IMG/VR virus record: IMGVR_UViG_3300025687_000024
Span: 46,690 to 110,689 of that record
Source: a virus
DNA: 64,000 bases
Direction: 5' to 3' (one strand)
Shown here: positions 28,085 through 37,577 of the stretch, piece by piece
How the letters are laid out: each line of letters starts with the position of its first letter
How positions within the stretch are numbered: the stretch's first letter is position 1
The notes under the pieces: model-generated
What the model was told of the DNA's origin: nothing
The model's database searches: none
What the model saw: the letters and a program-made list of their open reading frames with translations, nothing else
Made by a program: the position numbers and the translations under genes

Positions 28085-28553
28085 CCCTCTCGCCCTCACC
28101 TTCACCCACCGCGACTACGAGACGTTTCACGTCGAGTACGTCGTGCAGGGGAAGGACTTCATCTACCACTTCTGGCCGGCAGAGGGGCGCGATGCGTTCT
28201 GCCCCAACTTCCACCGGATCCTCGAGGACGGGTTCAAGGAGGTCCTACCCGAGTCCGCGCAGGTCGCTGCGGAGTTCTTCGACAAGGTGGACTGCGCCCG
28301 CAACGAGCTGATGCGATCGGACAAGGCCATCTTCGTCCCGATGCCCAGCTTCTACGTCCGCGTGATAGGATGGGCCGGTAAGCCCATGGCAGACCAGTTC
28401 CTCACCACGACGGTCTTCGAGTTCGTCAACAACAAGGCCCGGGAGCTCACCGATGATCATCAGCCGGAAGTTCGACAGCTACAAGGCGCTGACCCAGGCC
28501 CTCAACGGGCAGCTGATCGCCGAAGGCACCGGCGGCGTCCTCGCCGCCGCTGA
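28038..28553 (+). CDS. Hypothetical protein (start uncertain)
   Basis: Protein-like central part of track ORF 27888..28553; overlaps both neighbours. Confidence 0.55.
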   Translation: MCPTSADTYASSRVRSPLALTFTHRDYETFHVEYVVQGKDFIYHFWPAEGRDAFCPNFHRILEDGFKEVLPESAQVAAEFFDKVDCARNELMRSDKAIFVPMPSFYVRVIGWAGKPMADQFLTTTVFEFVNNKARELTDDHQPEVRQLQGADPGPQRAADRRRHRRRPRRR

Positions 28554-28851
28554 CGAGACCTTCACCGACGCCGAGGCCACCTTCGAGGCAGACCTCGTGG
28601 CGGCGGGAGATGTGCTGTACATCGGGGGGTCCGACGGCGAGGCGGGGGTAGGCACCTTCGCGGTTGACTCGGTCACCGATGAGACCAACCTGGAGATGAC
28701 CGAGGTGGGCGGCGTCGACCGTACCGGCCTGTCTTGGCGCATCTGCCGGAACCCCATCGCCATGGACGACGTGCACTTCCTGGGGCAGTGTGCCCAGTCG
28801 CTCAAGTGGGTGCTCATCTACGAGACCGACACCTTCTACGTCAGCGGGTAG
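28453..28851 (+). CDS. Small acidic beta-domain protein resembling the tail sheath insertion repeats
   Basis: FTDAEATFEADLVAAGDVLYIG...TFAVDSVTDETNL resembles sheath FEDGAALFESEGVEAGDVVRL...IVIESVDGETLL. Confidence 0.7.
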   Translation: MIISRKFDSYKALTQALNGQLIAEGTGGVLAAADETFTDAEATFEADLVAAGDVLYIGGSDGEAGVGTFAVDSVTDETNLEMTEVGGVDRTGLSWRICRNPIAMDDVHFLGQCAQSLKWVLIYETDTFYVSG

Positions 28852-29233
28852 TCAGCGCTTCCGCTTCGGGCTGTGCATAGGCCTTGGCGTCTCGTCCTCG
28901 TCGTCTTCCTCGTCCTCGCTCTTCTCGGGCTTCGCCCACCAGGTGATCTCGATCTGGGCAACGACGGGGTACTCCTCCCCCGCGTGGTAGAAGGACACGC
29001 CGACTCCGAGCTCGACGAATCGGGCTTCCACCCCCACCCGACCGGGGGCGTTCCGCTTCACCCAGTCCTTGGCGAAGCGTCGCATGGCGACGTCCTTCAT
29101 GTCCCCCGAGTTCTGCCGAGCTACGGGGATCAGTACCTTGGTCACGTCATCTTCGGTGGTCTGCTCGCAGTGAGGTAGGATGCGTCCACCGGAGACAGAG
29201 GCCAGGCTACGGAGTAGACTATCGAGCTGCACG
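28852..29233 (-). CDS. Hypothetical protein (start uncertain)
   Basis: Only plausible ORF in the gap before the terminase; acidic then basic C-terminus. Confidence 0.45.
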
Positions 29234-29244
29234 AGGTTCCCTGC

Positions 29245-30942
29245 ATGAGTACAGCGGCCGCCGAGAAGTACGACGCCCTGGAGTTCTCGCCCTACGAGTT
29301 CACGGAGTTCGCGATTCGGCTGAAGGGCGAGCCCATCGACTTGTCGCGTCGTCCGTGGCTCCAGGGCATCTACACCATACCCATCAGGCACTTTCCCGGC
29401 GAAGAAATCATGCGCCGGAAGCTGATGCTCATGTTCGGGCGCCAGTCCGAGAAGTCAACGACTCTCGGGAACGCTCTGATTTCCTACTCCAACCTCATCC
29501 CCTACCTGCGCTCGCTCTACGTCACGGCATCCAACGTGCAGATGCGTGAGTTCTCTGACGAGCGCCTCCGCGCCGTAGTGCAGGACAGCCCGGTGTTGAT
29601 GCGCCTGGCGGGGATGACCGGCCCTGGCGTCCGCCACACGCAGAACGTCCTGACGAAGCGCTGGAGGAACTTCTCCAAGATCACGCTGCGCTCGGTGTAC
29701 AAGAACGCCGACCGTGCTCGCGGTATCCCGGCCGACCTGCTGTGCATCGACGAGATTCAGGACATCCACATCGACGACCTCCCGGTCATCGAGGAGACGC
29801 TCTTCCACTGCGAACTGGACGACGGGCCGATCTCGGTCTACTCCGGCACGCCCAAGACGTTCGACAACCCCATCGAGGAGTACTGGGGGAGGTTCTCGAC
29901 CCAGAACGAGTGGCTTCCTCGCTGCAGCTGTGGCGAGTGGGTCCTCCCGGACATGCGCAACATCGGAGAGCGGGGCCTCATCTGCCACCACTGCAGCCGT
30001 GAGCTCAATCCGGTGGACGGCGTGGCGCAGTGGGTCACCTACGGCAGGCAGAGTGCCGAGTGGGAAGGGTTCCACCTCTGTCAGCCCATCGTCGTCTACG
30101 CGTACAAGAACAAGCCCCGGGTGTTCAACCGGCTCTGGCAGGAGATCCTCCAGAAGAAGAAGCGCTACCCCCGTCCCCGTTTCATGAACGAGGTCATGGG
30201 GCGCAGCTACGATGCAGGCACCAAGCCGGTCACGCTCGATGAGGTTCGGCGTTGCTGCCTCAGCGAGTACGACTGCGTCTACGAGCCTGACCGGCGTATC
30301 CAGTCTACGAAGACCTGGGCTGGCGTGGACTGGGGGACCGGCGACGCGTCCTACACGGTGCTCTCCATCTTCCGCTACGACTCCAAGGGAAGGTTCAGCC
30401 TGGTCTTCGCCAAGCGGTACGAAGGCGAAGAGAGCGACGGCGACTACGCCGTGCGGGACATCGCCAACTGGTGCCGGCGCTTCAAGGTCAACCGGGTGGG
30501 GGCCGACTGGGGATTCGGCTTCGGCAGCAACGCCGAGCTGCGGCGCATTCTAGGCGCGGGGCAGGTGGTGCTGTTCAACCACGTGGGGAAGCAGAAGGAG
30601 AAGATCAAGGTCGACAAGCTCGGCGGGAAGTTCACTACGCACAGGTCCCGCGTACTCCAGGACGTCTTCACCCTCATCAAGAAGGGACCGCGTTCGGGGG
30701 GCATGGCCTTCTTCAACTGGGACGAGGCCGAGACCTTCATGAACGACATCCTGTGCGTGTCGATGGAGCTGTCGGAGACCAAGGGCGAGATCGTCTACAA
30801 CCACCCGCGTGGGGTCCCCGACGACTTCCTCCACACGGTCTGCTACGCTCTTCTGGTGAGCCAGTTCGATGTCCGCCGGCCCGACCTGCACGCCCCGGAC
30901 CCGGCTACGGACTTCACTCGATCACGGCGGCGGAAGCGCTGA
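29245..30942 (+). CDS. terL: Terminase large subunit
   Basis: Walker A-like GRQSEKST, Walker B LCIDEIQD, coupling motif SGTP, CSC..CHHC zinc finger, nuclease motifs GVDWG and PDDFLH. Confidence 0.9.
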   Translation: MSTAAAEKYDALEFSPYEFTEFAIRLKGEPIDLSRRPWLQGIYTIPIRHFPGEEIMRRKLMLMFGRQSEKSTTLGNALISYSNLIPYLRSLYVTASNVQMREFSDERLRAVVQDSPVLMRLAGMTGPGVRHTQNVLTKRWRNFSKITLRSVYKNADRARGIPADLLCIDEIQDIHIDDLPVIEETLFHCELDDGPISVYSGTPKTFDNPIEEYWGRFSTQNEWLPRCSCGEWVLPDMRNIGERGLICHHCSRELNPVDGVAQWVTYGRQSAEWEGFHLCQPIVVYAYKNKPRVFNRLWQEILQKKKRYPRPRFMNEVMGRSYDAGTKPVTLDEVRRCCLSEYDCVYEPDRRIQSTKTWAGVDWGTGDASYTVLSIFRYDSKGRFSLVFAKRYEGEESDGDYAVRDIANWCRRFKVNRVGADWGFGFGSNAELRRILGAGQVVLFNHVGKQKEKIKVDKLGGKFTTHRSRVLQDVFTLIKKGPRSGGMAFFNWDEAETFMNDILCVSMELSETKGEIVYNHPRGVPDDFLHTVCYALLVSQFDVRRPDLHAPDPATDFTRSRRRKR

Positions 30943-30947
30943 GAGGG

Positions 30948-30978
30948 CAAAAGAAGAAGGGGGTGTCCCCCTTGCTTC
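30948..30978 (-). terminator. Intrinsic terminator, minus strand
   Basis: GAAGCAAGGGG-loop-CCCCTTCTTC stem followed by TTTT, between convergent genes. Confidence 0.55.
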
Positions 30979-30982
30979 CTGT

Positions 30983-31087
30983 GCCCCCCTCGGAGTACGC
31001 GCTCCGGTGAGTCCCTACGACCGCCCGTGAGGTGCTGCCTCTTGGGGATGGGTCTGCGGACTCACCGGAGCCTCCTGTTCCGGGGGC
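30983..31087. repeat. Nested inverted repeats / structured element
   Basis: Perfect 14-bp pair GCTCCGGTGAGTCC (31001-31014) and GGACTCACCGGAGC (31058-31071), plus an outer GC stem. Confidence 0.7.
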
Positions 31088-31112
31088 TCTGTAGTGTGAC
31101 GCTCGCCGAGTG

Positions 31113-31547
31113 CTACAGCGCCTGGAGCTCGGCCTGGGCCTCGGGGGCCTCCTCGGCCTTGGCGTTGGCCTTGGCCTTGCCGACCTTGGAGCCGACCGCG
31201 AAGCCGATGCCGCCGCCGATGACCAGCGCCGTGGCGCCGACCAGGTAGGTGGCGGGCTCGTTGCGGGGGGTCCAGGAGCGCTTGCCGTTCTTCCAGCGCT
31301 TCACGTCGCCCTCGGTGGGGACGATCTCGATGGCCTCGCCGGCCTTGAGCTCGGCGGGGATGCCCGTGGTGTTCTTCTTGTCGCTCATGTTGGAGTCTCC
31401 GTGGGTGGTCCCCTGGTTCTCGAGCAGATGGATGATGCGGTCCAGCTTCGCGACCGACTGCGGGAGCGCCCGCAGTGCGGCAGGAAGATGCTCCGCCATC
31501 AACCGATCCACCTGGGCAGCCGGGGGGACGTTGGTCTTGTCGGACAT
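31113..31547 (-). CDS. Small protein with a C-terminal membrane segment
   Basis: GGAGG RBS; YLVGATALVIGGGIGFAVG; second in-frame start at 31388. Confidence 0.7.
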   Translation of the reverse strand: MSDKTNVPPAAQVDRLMAEHLPAALRALPQSVAKLDRIIHLLENQGTTHGDSNMSDKKNTTGIPAELKAGEAIEIVPTEGDVKRWKNGKRSWTPRNEPATYLVGATALVIGGGIGFAVGSKVGKAKANAKAEEAPEAQAELQAL

Positions 31548-31594
31548 GCTGCCTCCGTGCAGCTCGAGCGTGGGTGTTCTTCCTCGCTCACAGA

Positions 31595-31608
31595 GCTTAT
31601 AGAGGCAA
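31595..31608 (-). promoter_or_regulatory. Variant ATAAG motif
   Basis: Minus strand TTGCCTCTATAAGC, 48 nt before start 31547. Confidence 0.5.
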
Positions 31609-31622
31609 AGCGTTGATTTTTT

Positions 31623-32333
31623 TCAGTTTTCCCGCGATTCCCCGTAGGCGCGGACGTAGCGCGCCACGAAGCGGTCGATCTCGGTTGGCGTCAGCTCGAG
31701 CTGCGCGTGCAGGCTGGTTGCAAGGGTCGCAGGCACCTCCGTAGCGACCACGGTGGAGGCGTGGAGCATTCCAAGCATGCGATCCCGGGCGCGGATGAGG
31801 CGCTGGTGCAGTGTGTCCAGTCCGTGCTCGGGAAAGGCGTCCTGGTGCTCGACCCAGGTGACCATGCGCTTCACCAGGTCGAAGAGCGGAGCCCACGCAG
31901 TAGGTCCCACCGCGTCGCAGAGCGTCGTGATCTCCTCTTCGGTCAAGGAGAGCATCTCGTCAGCCACCTCGGCTATGCGCCGGGTAGCCCAGCCTGGCTT
32001 GGCCAAGTCGTCGAGGTACAGCGCGCGGAGAGTCAACAGCTCGGCCTCGTCTCGGTTTCTGGCTGGGGCGCCGACGCCGAGGCCGAGCTTGATGACTTCG
32101 ACCTCCGACTGGAGCTTGGCGACCATCTGCTCGAGCCGGCGGAACTCCACCCGGCTCGGAGCAACCCCCTTGGTCTTGCTGTCGTACAGGTTGTGCACGT
32201 CGGCTTTGGGGATCCAGACCTTCCCTGCGTGCGGTACACGTCGCAGAAGGCCCTCGCTCAAGTAGTTGGTCACCTGCCTGGGTGTTACTCCCAGGACAGA
32301 CGCCGCTCCGTTCTTGTCGTAGAATCCTTCCAT
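31623..32333 (-). CDS. MerR/excisionase-like HTH DNA-binding protein
   Basis: AASVLGVTPRQVTNYLSEGLLR...KVWIPKADV followed by a coiled coil. Confidence 0.75.
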   Translation of the reverse strand: MEGFYDKNGAASVLGVTPRQVTNYLSEGLLRRVPHAGKVWIPKADVHNLYDSKTKGVAPSRVEFRRLEQMVAKLQSEVEVIKLGLGVGAPARNRDEAELLTLRALYLDDLAKPGWATRRIAEVADEMLSLTEEEITTLCDAVGPTAWAPLFDLVKRMVTWVEHQDAFPEHGLDTLHQRLIRARDRMLGMLHASTVVATEVPATLATSLHAQLELTPTEIDRFVARYVRAYGESREN

Positions 32334-32376
32334 GGACCGACGATAACACGAAGCTCGGGTCACTCACAGAGCCCCG

Positions 32377-32406
32377 TTGACGTAAAATCCAGTCGGCCAC
32401 TACACT
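32377..32406 (+). promoter_or_regulatory. Sigma70-like promoter at the start of the head gene block
   Basis: TTGACG-18 nt-TACACT in the divergent gap. Confidence 0.5.
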
Positions 32407-32415
32407 GGAGACACC

Positions 32416-33300
32416 ATGCAGGACTTCCTCACCAAGCTCGCCGAGGGCACCACCGGCGGGACTACCTCCGAGCATCTCTCCCTGTTGGGCAAGCGAGCGG
32501 CCAGTCGCTTCATGACCAAGGAGGCGGACTCGCTGAGTGCGGCTGTGCGGAGCGTGGTCGGCGAGGAATCGCTGAACCGTGACCAGGTGGAGCGCGTCAC
32601 CCAGGCCGCAAACCAGGCTGCCTGGCGCGGACTGTTCCACGAGGGTGAGCAGGACCCCAACATCGAATTCTCCCCGGCCAAGATCGACGAGGTGATCCAG
32701 CAGCCCGAGGCTTCGCCGGCTCCCCTTCAGCAGAGCATGGACTTCCTGGAGCCCCCGGTGGGGGAGCAGCTGCCGTCGGATGTCTCTCTGGAGGAGGCCT
32801 TCGGGGTGGACAAGACGGCCTCCCAGGACGAGTACCCCGAGCTCAACCCCGCGGCCGGGGCGGCGGCGCTGCACACCAAGACGGCTGCGGCGGAAGGCTT
32901 CCTGCGCTCTGACGCGGACCGGCTGGAGATCGAGGTGGGGCGCCTCGAGGACACCTTCTACGAGCTGGTCAAGCAGGCGCACCTGCAGCACGGGCACGGC
33001 ATCCTCCAGATCGCCGGCGCCGTCGGTGAGATCTGCGAGGAGCCCCCCTTCGCTCGGGCGGCCATGGAGAAGGTGGCCCAGCGTCTTCAGCGCAACGGGG
33101 TGATCATCAACCGCGCCAGCGAGATGCAGAAGCTCGCGATGGCGGTCACGGTCGATACCGAGCACCCCATCCTGACCACCTACGCCTCTCTCGAGAAGAC
33201 CGCGCATGCGGCTCGGGTGGCGCGCAGCGCGGCCCAGCAGGCCGCCGACGCCCGCAAGCTCTCCGGAGACTACCTGCGGGACAAGCTCAGGACGGCCTGA
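32416..33300 (+). CDS. Putative head protein with K-x-A sites
   Basis: LTKLAE, VDKTAS, HTKTAA, MEKVAQ, MQKLAM, LEKTAH. Confidence 0.75.
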   Translation: MQDFLTKLAEGTTGGTTSEHLSLLGKRAASRFMTKEADSLSAAVRSVVGEESLNRDQVERVTQAANQAAWRGLFHEGEQDPNIEFSPAKIDEVIQQPEASPAPLQQSMDFLEPPVGEQLPSDVSLEEAFGVDKTASQDEYPELNPAAGAAALHTKTAAAEGFLRSDADRLEIEVGRLEDTFYELVKQAHLQHGHGILQIAGAVGEICEEPPFARAAMEKVAQRLQRNGVIINRASEMQKLAMAVTVDTEHPILTTYASLEKTAHAARVARSAAQQAADARKLSGDYLRDKLRTA

Positions 33301-33845
33301 TGAACGTGGTGCTCGCCCTGGCGTTCCAGCAGGAGCTGGAGAAGATCGCAGACGCGACGGCCGACTCGTGGTTCGGGCAGTACCGAAGCCACTGGCGGGG
33401 GGCGGCTGAATCGTCGCGGCCCGGAGCCAAGCGCTTCAACAAGGCGCTGGACATGCTCTGGAGCGGCAAGGAAGTTCAGACGCCCGGCATCGGGGGGAAG
33501 CTCGGGAAGCTTCCCTTCATCGGAGGTCCGTCGACGGTCCGTGTGGGCGGCATCGGCGGGGGCATCCAAGCTGGCGGCGAGGGCGTAGGCCGCGCCTTGC
33601 GCACGCCTGCCAGGATGCTCGTGGGTGTTCCGGCCAAGGCCGTGTGGCAGGGCACGAAGGCGGTCACCAAGGGAGTCGCCCGTACCGCGGGGACGGTCAT
33701 CCGCAAGCAGCCCCTCGGCGCCGCGATGACGGGCTACTTCGCCTACGCCGGAGCTGGGCACGGCGCCAGTGCGCTCCGACGAGGGACCGCACAAGCGAGA
33801 ACGGCTACCAAGCGATACATGGGGCAAGTCAGGAGGCCGACGTGA
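33300..33845 (+). CDS. Tagged basic protein (AFQQELEKIA)
   Basis: Leader motif followed by a G/A/K/R-rich body. Confidence 0.75.
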   Translation: MNVVLALAFQQELEKIADATADSWFGQYRSHWRGAAESSRPGAKRFNKALDMLWSGKEVQTPGIGGKLGKLPFIGGPSTVRVGGIGGGIQAGGEGVGRALRTPARMLVGVPAKAVWQGTKAVTKGVARTAGTVIRKQPLGAAMTGYFAYAGAGHGASALRRGTAQARTATKRYMGQVRRPT

Positions 33846-34450
33846 GCCACATCTACGAAAGCGACCTGCAACGAGCCATGGCGGTGAGGTCCATCCTCTC
33901 CGCTCGCCCGCTGGAGAAGACCGCGGGGCCCTTCCGCCTCCCCAAGAGCCTGCTGCTCGGGTCTGGAAGTGGCGTCGGGGCCGCGGCTGGGCAAGCGGCC
34001 CAGGAGGGAGCCAAGCAGGGCAAGCGGAAGGCCAAGATGAGCGTGGGGCGCTGGGCACTCACCGTGCTCGGCCTGGCGGCGCTCGGTACCGGGCTCGGCG
34101 CTGGGCAGCAGCTGGCGGGGCACGGCGTGGGTCGGGTGATGGACAAGATGCGGAAGAACCGCATGGGGACGGACTACCAGGCCATGCTCAAGGCCGATCC
34201 GTCGCTGGACAACACGCCCCACACCCAGGCCTACTTCCGCGTGCTCCATCGGGCCAGCCCCTACCTGGCAAGCGAGCCGGTCATCGCCGCGGCTACCGTG
34301 CGCTCCATGGTCGACTCCGCGGCCATCGACGAGCGGAAGGTGAAGAGCATCCTCGACACCGAGCGGGCCGCTCAGGAGACGCGCTACCCCTTCCTGCGCA
34401 AGGTGACGGACAGCGGCAAGATGATCGCGATGCCGCCGTTCCCTGGCTGA
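33842..34450 (+). CDS. Putative virion protein with a hydrophobic segment and an LEKTAG site
   Basis: AGGAGG RBS with GTG 33842; WALTVLGLAALGTGLGAG. Confidence 0.7.
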   Translation: MSHIYESDLQRAMAVRSILSARPLEKTAGPFRLPKSLLLGSGSGVGAAAGQAAQEGAKQGKRKAKMSVGRWALTVLGLAALGTGLGAGQQLAGHGVGRVMDKMRKNRMGTDYQAMLKADPSLDNTPHTQAYFRVLHRASPYLASEPVIAAATVRSMVDSAAIDERKVKSILDTERAAQETRYPFLRKVTDSGKMIAMPPFPG

Positions 34451-34453
34451 GAC

Positions 34454-36139
34454 ATGTCCGACTTCCCAGGCATCCCCAAGACGCTTCCCGTCACCGTCGG
34501 CGGCTCCGATCCGCTGGGGCGGTGCTTCGCCGAGGCGGTCGACGTCACGCGCGCGGGCGGTGGGGGCCTGGAGAAGATCGCCGGCGTGCGCGAGCTGCAT
34601 CCCGAGATCGACGCCTACCTGAAGCAGCTGCGGCCGGATCCGGCCTACCAGTTCGTGCTCATGACCCCGCTGGGGGCCTACGAGTACTGGGGGATGAACG
34701 TCAACGGGGACATCTTCCCCGAGATCGCGCTGGCGCACGACCACCTCAAGCAGAACCCCCGAGACGTCATCAGGCGCCTCGAGGCACGCTGGGTGACCCC
34801 GCACGGGCGACGCCTCCCCCCGGGCAACTACCACGAGTTCGGGCACAAGACGTTCCTGAACGCCAAGCGCTACCTGCACCACGTCAACAAGAACCCCGAG
34901 ATCGCCTACGGGGACATCGTGGTGGCGGTCTACAACCCCGCGATGCACCGCGTGGAGGTCATCGTCCGGCACGACCGGGAGATGGCCAAGAAGGTGGGGG
35001 CGCAGGATGTCATCGACGACATCGACGAGCGCAAGCCTCGCCAGATCTCGATGGGGTGCAAGGTTCCCTTCGACGTCTGCACCAAGTGCGGCTCCATCTC
35101 GAAGACCACGCGCGACTACTGCGAGTGCCTGCTCACGCAGCGGGCACAGATCCTGCCTGACGGGCGGATCGTCGGCATGGTCAACCTCTTCCCCCGCTTC
35201 TTCGACCTCTCGGACGTCTTCGTTCCGGCAGCGAAGGAGTCCGGGGTACTGCTCAAGGTGGCCTCGGCGGCAGGGACCCGCTTCTTCGTGCCGCACTCCT
35301 ACTTCGAGCGCATTGGTACGCGGCCGCCAGCGGACGCCATCGAGGTGACGCGCGAAGGCGTGCTGGTCAAGGTGGCGCACGACAAGCAGGCCGAAGCTGC
35401 CAAGAGCGCCGAAGTGACCAAGGAGATCCTCCCCAACGCTGGCCCGAATGTGGAGCGCCTGACTGCGCGCGAACCCGACATTCCAACCGGCCTGTTGGGG
35501 GGCGACTTCGAGCAGCTCGTCAACACGCTGGCGCTGCTGGGGATCGTGCTCAAGCCACACGAGTTCCAGCACGGAGCGCTCACAGGCGCGGGCCTGGGTG
35601 ACCTGGCGTCCCAGCTGAGCGCGAAGCGCCAGGTGTTCACGCCGGCTACCTCCGAGAGTGCGCTTCGCCTGAGCTGCGAGAGCTACAGTCCGAACCTCGC
35701 GCGCCTGTTGGCGTCCTTGCTGGCGTCCCGGTCTGCCTTCCATCCGCACCTTCCCGCGCGCTCGTTGCAGCTCGTCGTGGTGAAGTCTCCCAAGCTCCCG
35801 CCCAAGCGAGAGCAGGTCGAGAACACGCCACCTCTGCAGAAGGTTGCGGAGGCCTACGACGCCTACAGGAAGGCACTTGTCTACCTTCCAGGCCTGCTAC
35901 CGCAGGCTATCGACAACGACCCGGCCTTCTACCGGGAGCACTATCTGGGAGAACTCTTCGAGAACTCCTGGGAGAAGCTCGCGTCGGGGAGTACCGAGAA
36001 GGGGTTGTCTCCGCCCCCCGTATCGGTATACCTTACGGCTGCGCACCGTGATCGCGGTGGTGTTCCTTCTTCGTGGGATCGGGTACTACCTCCACACACA
36101 GCCGCACGGGCACTGCTCGGAATCGAGGATCTCTCATGA
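34454..36139 (+). CDS. Prohead (maturation) protease with zinc finger and C-terminal extension
   Basis: YLHH (candidate catalytic His), ISMGC (candidate catalytic Ser), CTKC..CEC, and FFDLSDVFVPA like the ExSxVxxPA motif of HK97-type proteases; upstream of the capsid gene. Confidence 0.7.
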   Translation: MSDFPGIPKTLPVTVGGSDPLGRCFAEAVDVTRAGGGGLEKIAGVRELHPEIDAYLKQLRPDPAYQFVLMTPLGAYEYWGMNVNGDIFPEIALAHDHLKQNPRDVIRRLEARWVTPHGRRLPPGNYHEFGHKTFLNAKRYLHHVNKNPEIAYGDIVVAVYNPAMHRVEVIVRHDREMAKKVGAQDVIDDIDERKPRQISMGCKVPFDVCTKCGSISKTTRDYCECLLTQRAQILPDGRIVGMVNLFPRFFDLSDVFVPAAKESGVLLKVASAAGTRFFVPHSYFERIGTRPPADAIEVTREGVLVKVAHDKQAEAAKSAEVTKEILPNAGPNVERLTAREPDIPTGLLGGDFEQLVNTLALLGIVLKPHEFQHGALTGAGLGDLASQLSAKRQVFTPATSESALRLSCESYSPNLARLLASLLASRSAFHPHLPARSLQLVVVKSPKLPPKREQVENTPPLQKVAEAYDAYRKALVYLPGLLPQAIDNDPAFYREHYLGELFENSWEKLASGSTEKGLSPPPVSVYLTAAHRDRGGVPSSWDRVLPPHTAARALLGIEDLS

Positions 36140-36567
36140 GCGACATGGCCTCCCTCCTGGACTCCATCTACAACTCCGACCAGCGGGTGAGCCCCCTCGA
36201 GAAGACCGCCGAGGCGGCCATGCTCGAGCAGCTGGGGCAGTCCGGACAGACCGCCGGCGCGCTGCGCGACATGAGCACCGCCGAGCTCATCGCCCTGGCC
36301 ACGCAGCTCGAGGCCGACGAGGGCACCGAGAAGACGGCCTCCGCCCAGCCGGCCGCGGCGGAGCCCGAGGACACCTCCGAGCTCGAGAAGGTGGCCTACG
36401 ACACCTTCGGCGGGCAGCTGATGGCCCACGCCTTCACCCACGAGCTGGGGCTCATGAAGGTCGCCATGATCAACGGCAAGTGCCGCGTGTGCAAGGAGAA
36501 CGCCATGGACATCCAGGGCAGCTCCATCTGCAGCGCCTGCCACGCCGAGGCAGACAGCGCCGAATAG
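36136..36567 (+). CDS. Scaffold-like acidic protein, paralog family member 1, with C-terminal CRVC..CSAC
   Basis: LLDSIYN, LEKTAE, MSTAELIALA, TEKTAS, LEKVAY, GQLMAHAFTHELGLMKVA. Confidence 0.7.
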   Translation: MSDMASLLDSIYNSDQRVSPLEKTAEAAMLEQLGQSGQTAGALRDMSTAELIALATQLEADEGTEKTASAQPAAAEPEDTSELEKVAYDTFGGQLMAHAFTHELGLMKVAMINGKCRVCKENAMDIQGSSICSACHAEADSAE

Positions 36568-36571
36568 CGCT

Positions 36572-36871
36572 ATGCTGGAATCCTTCGCCACGGAGCTCGA
36601 GAAGTTGGCCAACACCGCCACCAAGAACGTCCCTCAAGTCGGCCTGGGCATGACCCTGCCGTCTGGGAACAGCGGTGCTGGTGTGCGAACTTCGTCGGCG
36701 CGCGGCCTGGGAATCAAGCACCAGCCTCCGATGCCTCGACCGCCGCGGGGAATGAGCAGCAAGGCGGTCAAGACCCCCAGCACGGGACGGCTTGGCACCA
36801 AGATCGACCCCGCTCGCGGGATCAAGACTGTACCAACCCCGCTCCGAGGTGATACCTTGGTGCGTGCGTGA
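36572..36871 (+). CDS. Tagged small basic protein (SFATELEKLA)
   Basis: Leader motif followed by a basic Pro/Gly-rich body. Confidence 0.7.
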   Translation: MLESFATELEKLANTATKNVPQVGLGMTLPSGNSGAGVRTSSARGLGIKHQPPMPRPPRGMSSKAVKTPSTGRLGTKIDPARGIKTVPTPLRGDTLVRA

Positions 36872-36887
36872 CCTACGAGGACCACCC

Positions 36888-37577
36888 ATGCTCTCTCTGA
36901 ACGACATGATCCGTCAGGCCATCGGGGACGCGGAAGAGGCCGAGCAGTCGGCCCCGACCACTCCCGAGGTGCAGGCGGCTCCCCCCGCCTCTTCCGGTGC
37001 GAGCATCGACCACGGTGAGCTGAGCAAGCTCGCCAGCGCGCTGGAGTTCGTCGGTACCCGCGGTGTCGAGTCCCTGCTGGTGCTCGAGAAGGACGCCAGC
37101 GCCGCCGCGCCGCCCGCGGGCACCAACGCCGGGCAGACGCACGGCGAGAAGAAGCAGTCCCAGGTGCAGCCGCACAAGGGCGCTCCTCCCATGAAGCCCA
37201 AGGCCACGGGTGCTCCCGACGACAACGAGCACCAGCGCCCGGGCGGCAACGCCCCCTCGCCCGACACCTCGAGCACCCAGAAGGGCGCCAGCCACCCCGG
37301 CCTCAAGAGCAACGAAGCCGCCATCGGCGTCACCAAGGCCGACAAGGCCAAGCTCGTCGCCCCCGCGCTCTCCAAGCTGCTCTCCGCCACCCCCTTCGCG
37401 GACCCCAAGGTGAAGGAGAACCTGCGCAACGCGGGCAAGGCCGGCGAGCGCAACATCAACGCGGGCAAGGCCAAGACCGCCTCGGGCGAGGCCGCTCCCC
37501 AGCTCCCCCCGGGGGTCAACCTCGAGCAGGTGCGCGAAGAGCTCGCGCGCCGCGTCAACGACGGAGGGCAGGCCTGA
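36888..37577 (+). CDS. Putative head/scaffold protein, low complexity
   Basis: GAGG RBS with ATG 36888; LSKLAS, LEKDAS, KAKTAS. Confidence 0.7.
   Translation: MLSLNDMIRQAIGDAEEAEQSAPTTPEVQAAPPASSGASIDHGELSKLASALEFVGTRGVESLLVLEKDASAAAPPAGTNAGQTHGEKKQSQVQPHKGAPPMKPKATGAPDDNEHQRPGGNAPSPDTSSTQKGASHPGLKSNEAAIGVTKADKAKLVAPALSKLLSATPFADPKVKENLRNAGKAGERNINAGKAKTASGEAAPQLPPGVNLEQVREELARRVNDGGQA

Noticed and set aside
32-30942. Inteins or introns in the polymerase, helicase, RNAP or terminase
   Set aside because: Motif spacing is continuous and no intein splice-junction or homing endonuclease motifs were seen.
30983-31087. tRNA gene
   Set aside because: No cloverleaf, T-loop GTTC motif or CCA end could be fitted.
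31623-32333. Excisionase implying an integrated prophage
   Set aside because: No integrase, att site or host genes in the window; the HTH alone is not enough.
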